Source of the DNA: an uncultured Deinococcales bacterium
GTDB lineage: Bacteria > Deinococcota > Deinococci > Deinococcales > JAAFIG01
Direction: 5' to 3'
NCBI GenBank assembly: GCA_964244895.1
Contig: CAXTKV010000112.1
Coordinates: 1 to 16,898 of the forward strand
DNA: 16,898 nt
Within the stretch, counting starts at the first letter, position 1. Each line of letters opens with the position of its first letter. The notes beneath the pieces are model-generated. The model searched no databases, was not told where the DNA came from, and saw nothing but the letters and a program-made list of their open reading frames with translations. Shown one piece after another: positions 16,415-16,898 of this stretch. The position numbers were made by a program, and so were the translations under genes.

Positions 16415-16660
16415 GTGGAGGAAACCACGTACCGCCTCTGCCCAAAGTGCTTTCGGGCCGTGCCCGCCCGATCCGGTGAACGCTACTGCGCCAACGACGG
16501 AGAACGCCTGCTCGAGCGTTGCCCGTTGTGCGAAACCGCGATTCATTCGCCCTACGCGCAGTTCTGCGTGGGTTGCGGCTTCGAGTTCGGCCTGCTGGCC
16601 ATCGGACGGGCCACCGAACCGGGGCCGATGATCCGCGACATCAAGCGCAGATTTGAATGA
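16415..16660 (+). CDS. Double zinc ribbon (DZR) small protein (81 aa)
   Basis: GTG start after AGGATGTGA. CPKC..CAND..CPLC..CVGC knuckles. Confidence 0.8.
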   Translation: MEETTYRLCPKCFRAVPARSGERYCANDGERLLERCPLCETAIHSPYAQFCVGCGFEFGLLAIGRATEPGPMIRDIKRRFE

Positions 16661-16665
16661 GTGCA

Positions 16666-16702
16666 TCCCAGACGGCACATCCTGAATTAGCACCGTCTGG
16701 GA
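16666..16702. repeat. Copy of the repeat family with arms in opposite polarity, between convergent genes
   Basis: TCCCAGACGG-N17-CCGTCTGGGA, a perfect 10-bp stem built from the same CCGTCYRG core. Confidence 0.6.
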
Positions 16703-16719
16703 CGCGATTTTTGTGCATT

Positions 16720-16898
16720 TTAGCTCATGGTGAGCATCAAGAATTCACCCAGGGAAGCGGGCAAGGATTCCCCGACCTCGAGCAACCGCGCGCGCCCACC
16801 GAGGTAGAGCCTGCGGGCGTTGGGTTGATCCCCGCAGGCTTCGAGCGCCCGAACCGCCAGCCGGAGCGCGGTGGGATCGTAAGGTTCCATCTCGCACA
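16720..16898 (-). CDS. C-terminus of a probable BTAD/SARP-type (TPR) transcriptional regulator; partial, absent from the ORF track
   Basis: The minus strand translates ..CEMEPYDPTALRLAVRALEACGDQPNARRLYLGGRARLLEVGESLPASLGEFLMLTMS* (TAA at 16722-16720). The EPY/D..A.RL..RAL...G....A...Y.....L.E.G pattern fits the end of a BTAD domain. Confidence 0.7.
   Translation of the reverse strand, partial: CEMEPYDPTALRLAVRALEACGDQPNARRLYLGGRARLLEVGESLPASLGEFLMLTMS

Noticed and set aside
724..16702. Repeat family as a CRISPR array or integron attC sites
   Set aside because: Copies are mostly separated by whole genes, are degenerate and occur in both orientations, including inside an ordinary ABC operon. 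There is no cas or integrase gene and no RYYYAAC/GTTRRRY box.

Overview
GC-rich bacterial DNA, probably Deinococcota. That assignment is an inference from the lipoprotein, zinc-ribbon and BTAD gene types and from strong CTCGAG enrichment. The window has two blocks, and every gene except the last partial one is on the + strand. Block 1 (1-7403) is an uptake/catabolic operon: a Dpp/Opp-type ABC binding protein (partial), two permeases, a divergent ApbA/PanE-family reductase, a Gfo/Idh/MocA oxidoreductase and a DUF885 protein. An AT-rich YrhB/Imm35-like gene interrupts it. Block 2 (8220-16898) is a cell-surface cluster: a 42-aa Trp-motif lipopeptide coupled to a secreted phage-tail-fibre-like protein with a Peptidase_S74 chaperone, a secreted helical orphan, a BNR beta-propeller, two Ig-domain lipoproteins, a double-zinc-ribbon protein and the convergent C-terminus of a probable BTAD/SARP-type regulator. 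Non-coding signals: (a) about 11 copies of a REP/REPIN-like inverted-repeat element (core ACACCGTCCAGCACG...CGTGCTGGACGGTGT) in two length classes, 54 bp and 44-45 bp, mostly just after stop codons; (b) a promoter-like motif TTTGACCA-N3-TTTGACCA-N8-CGAnnCTGAT found twice, in front of the surface-protein genes, with SARP-type geometry; (c) a TTCTTGATC triad with exact 22-bp period; (d) roughly ten-fold enrichment of CTCGAG. All family assignments come from motif recognition by eye; no database search was run.
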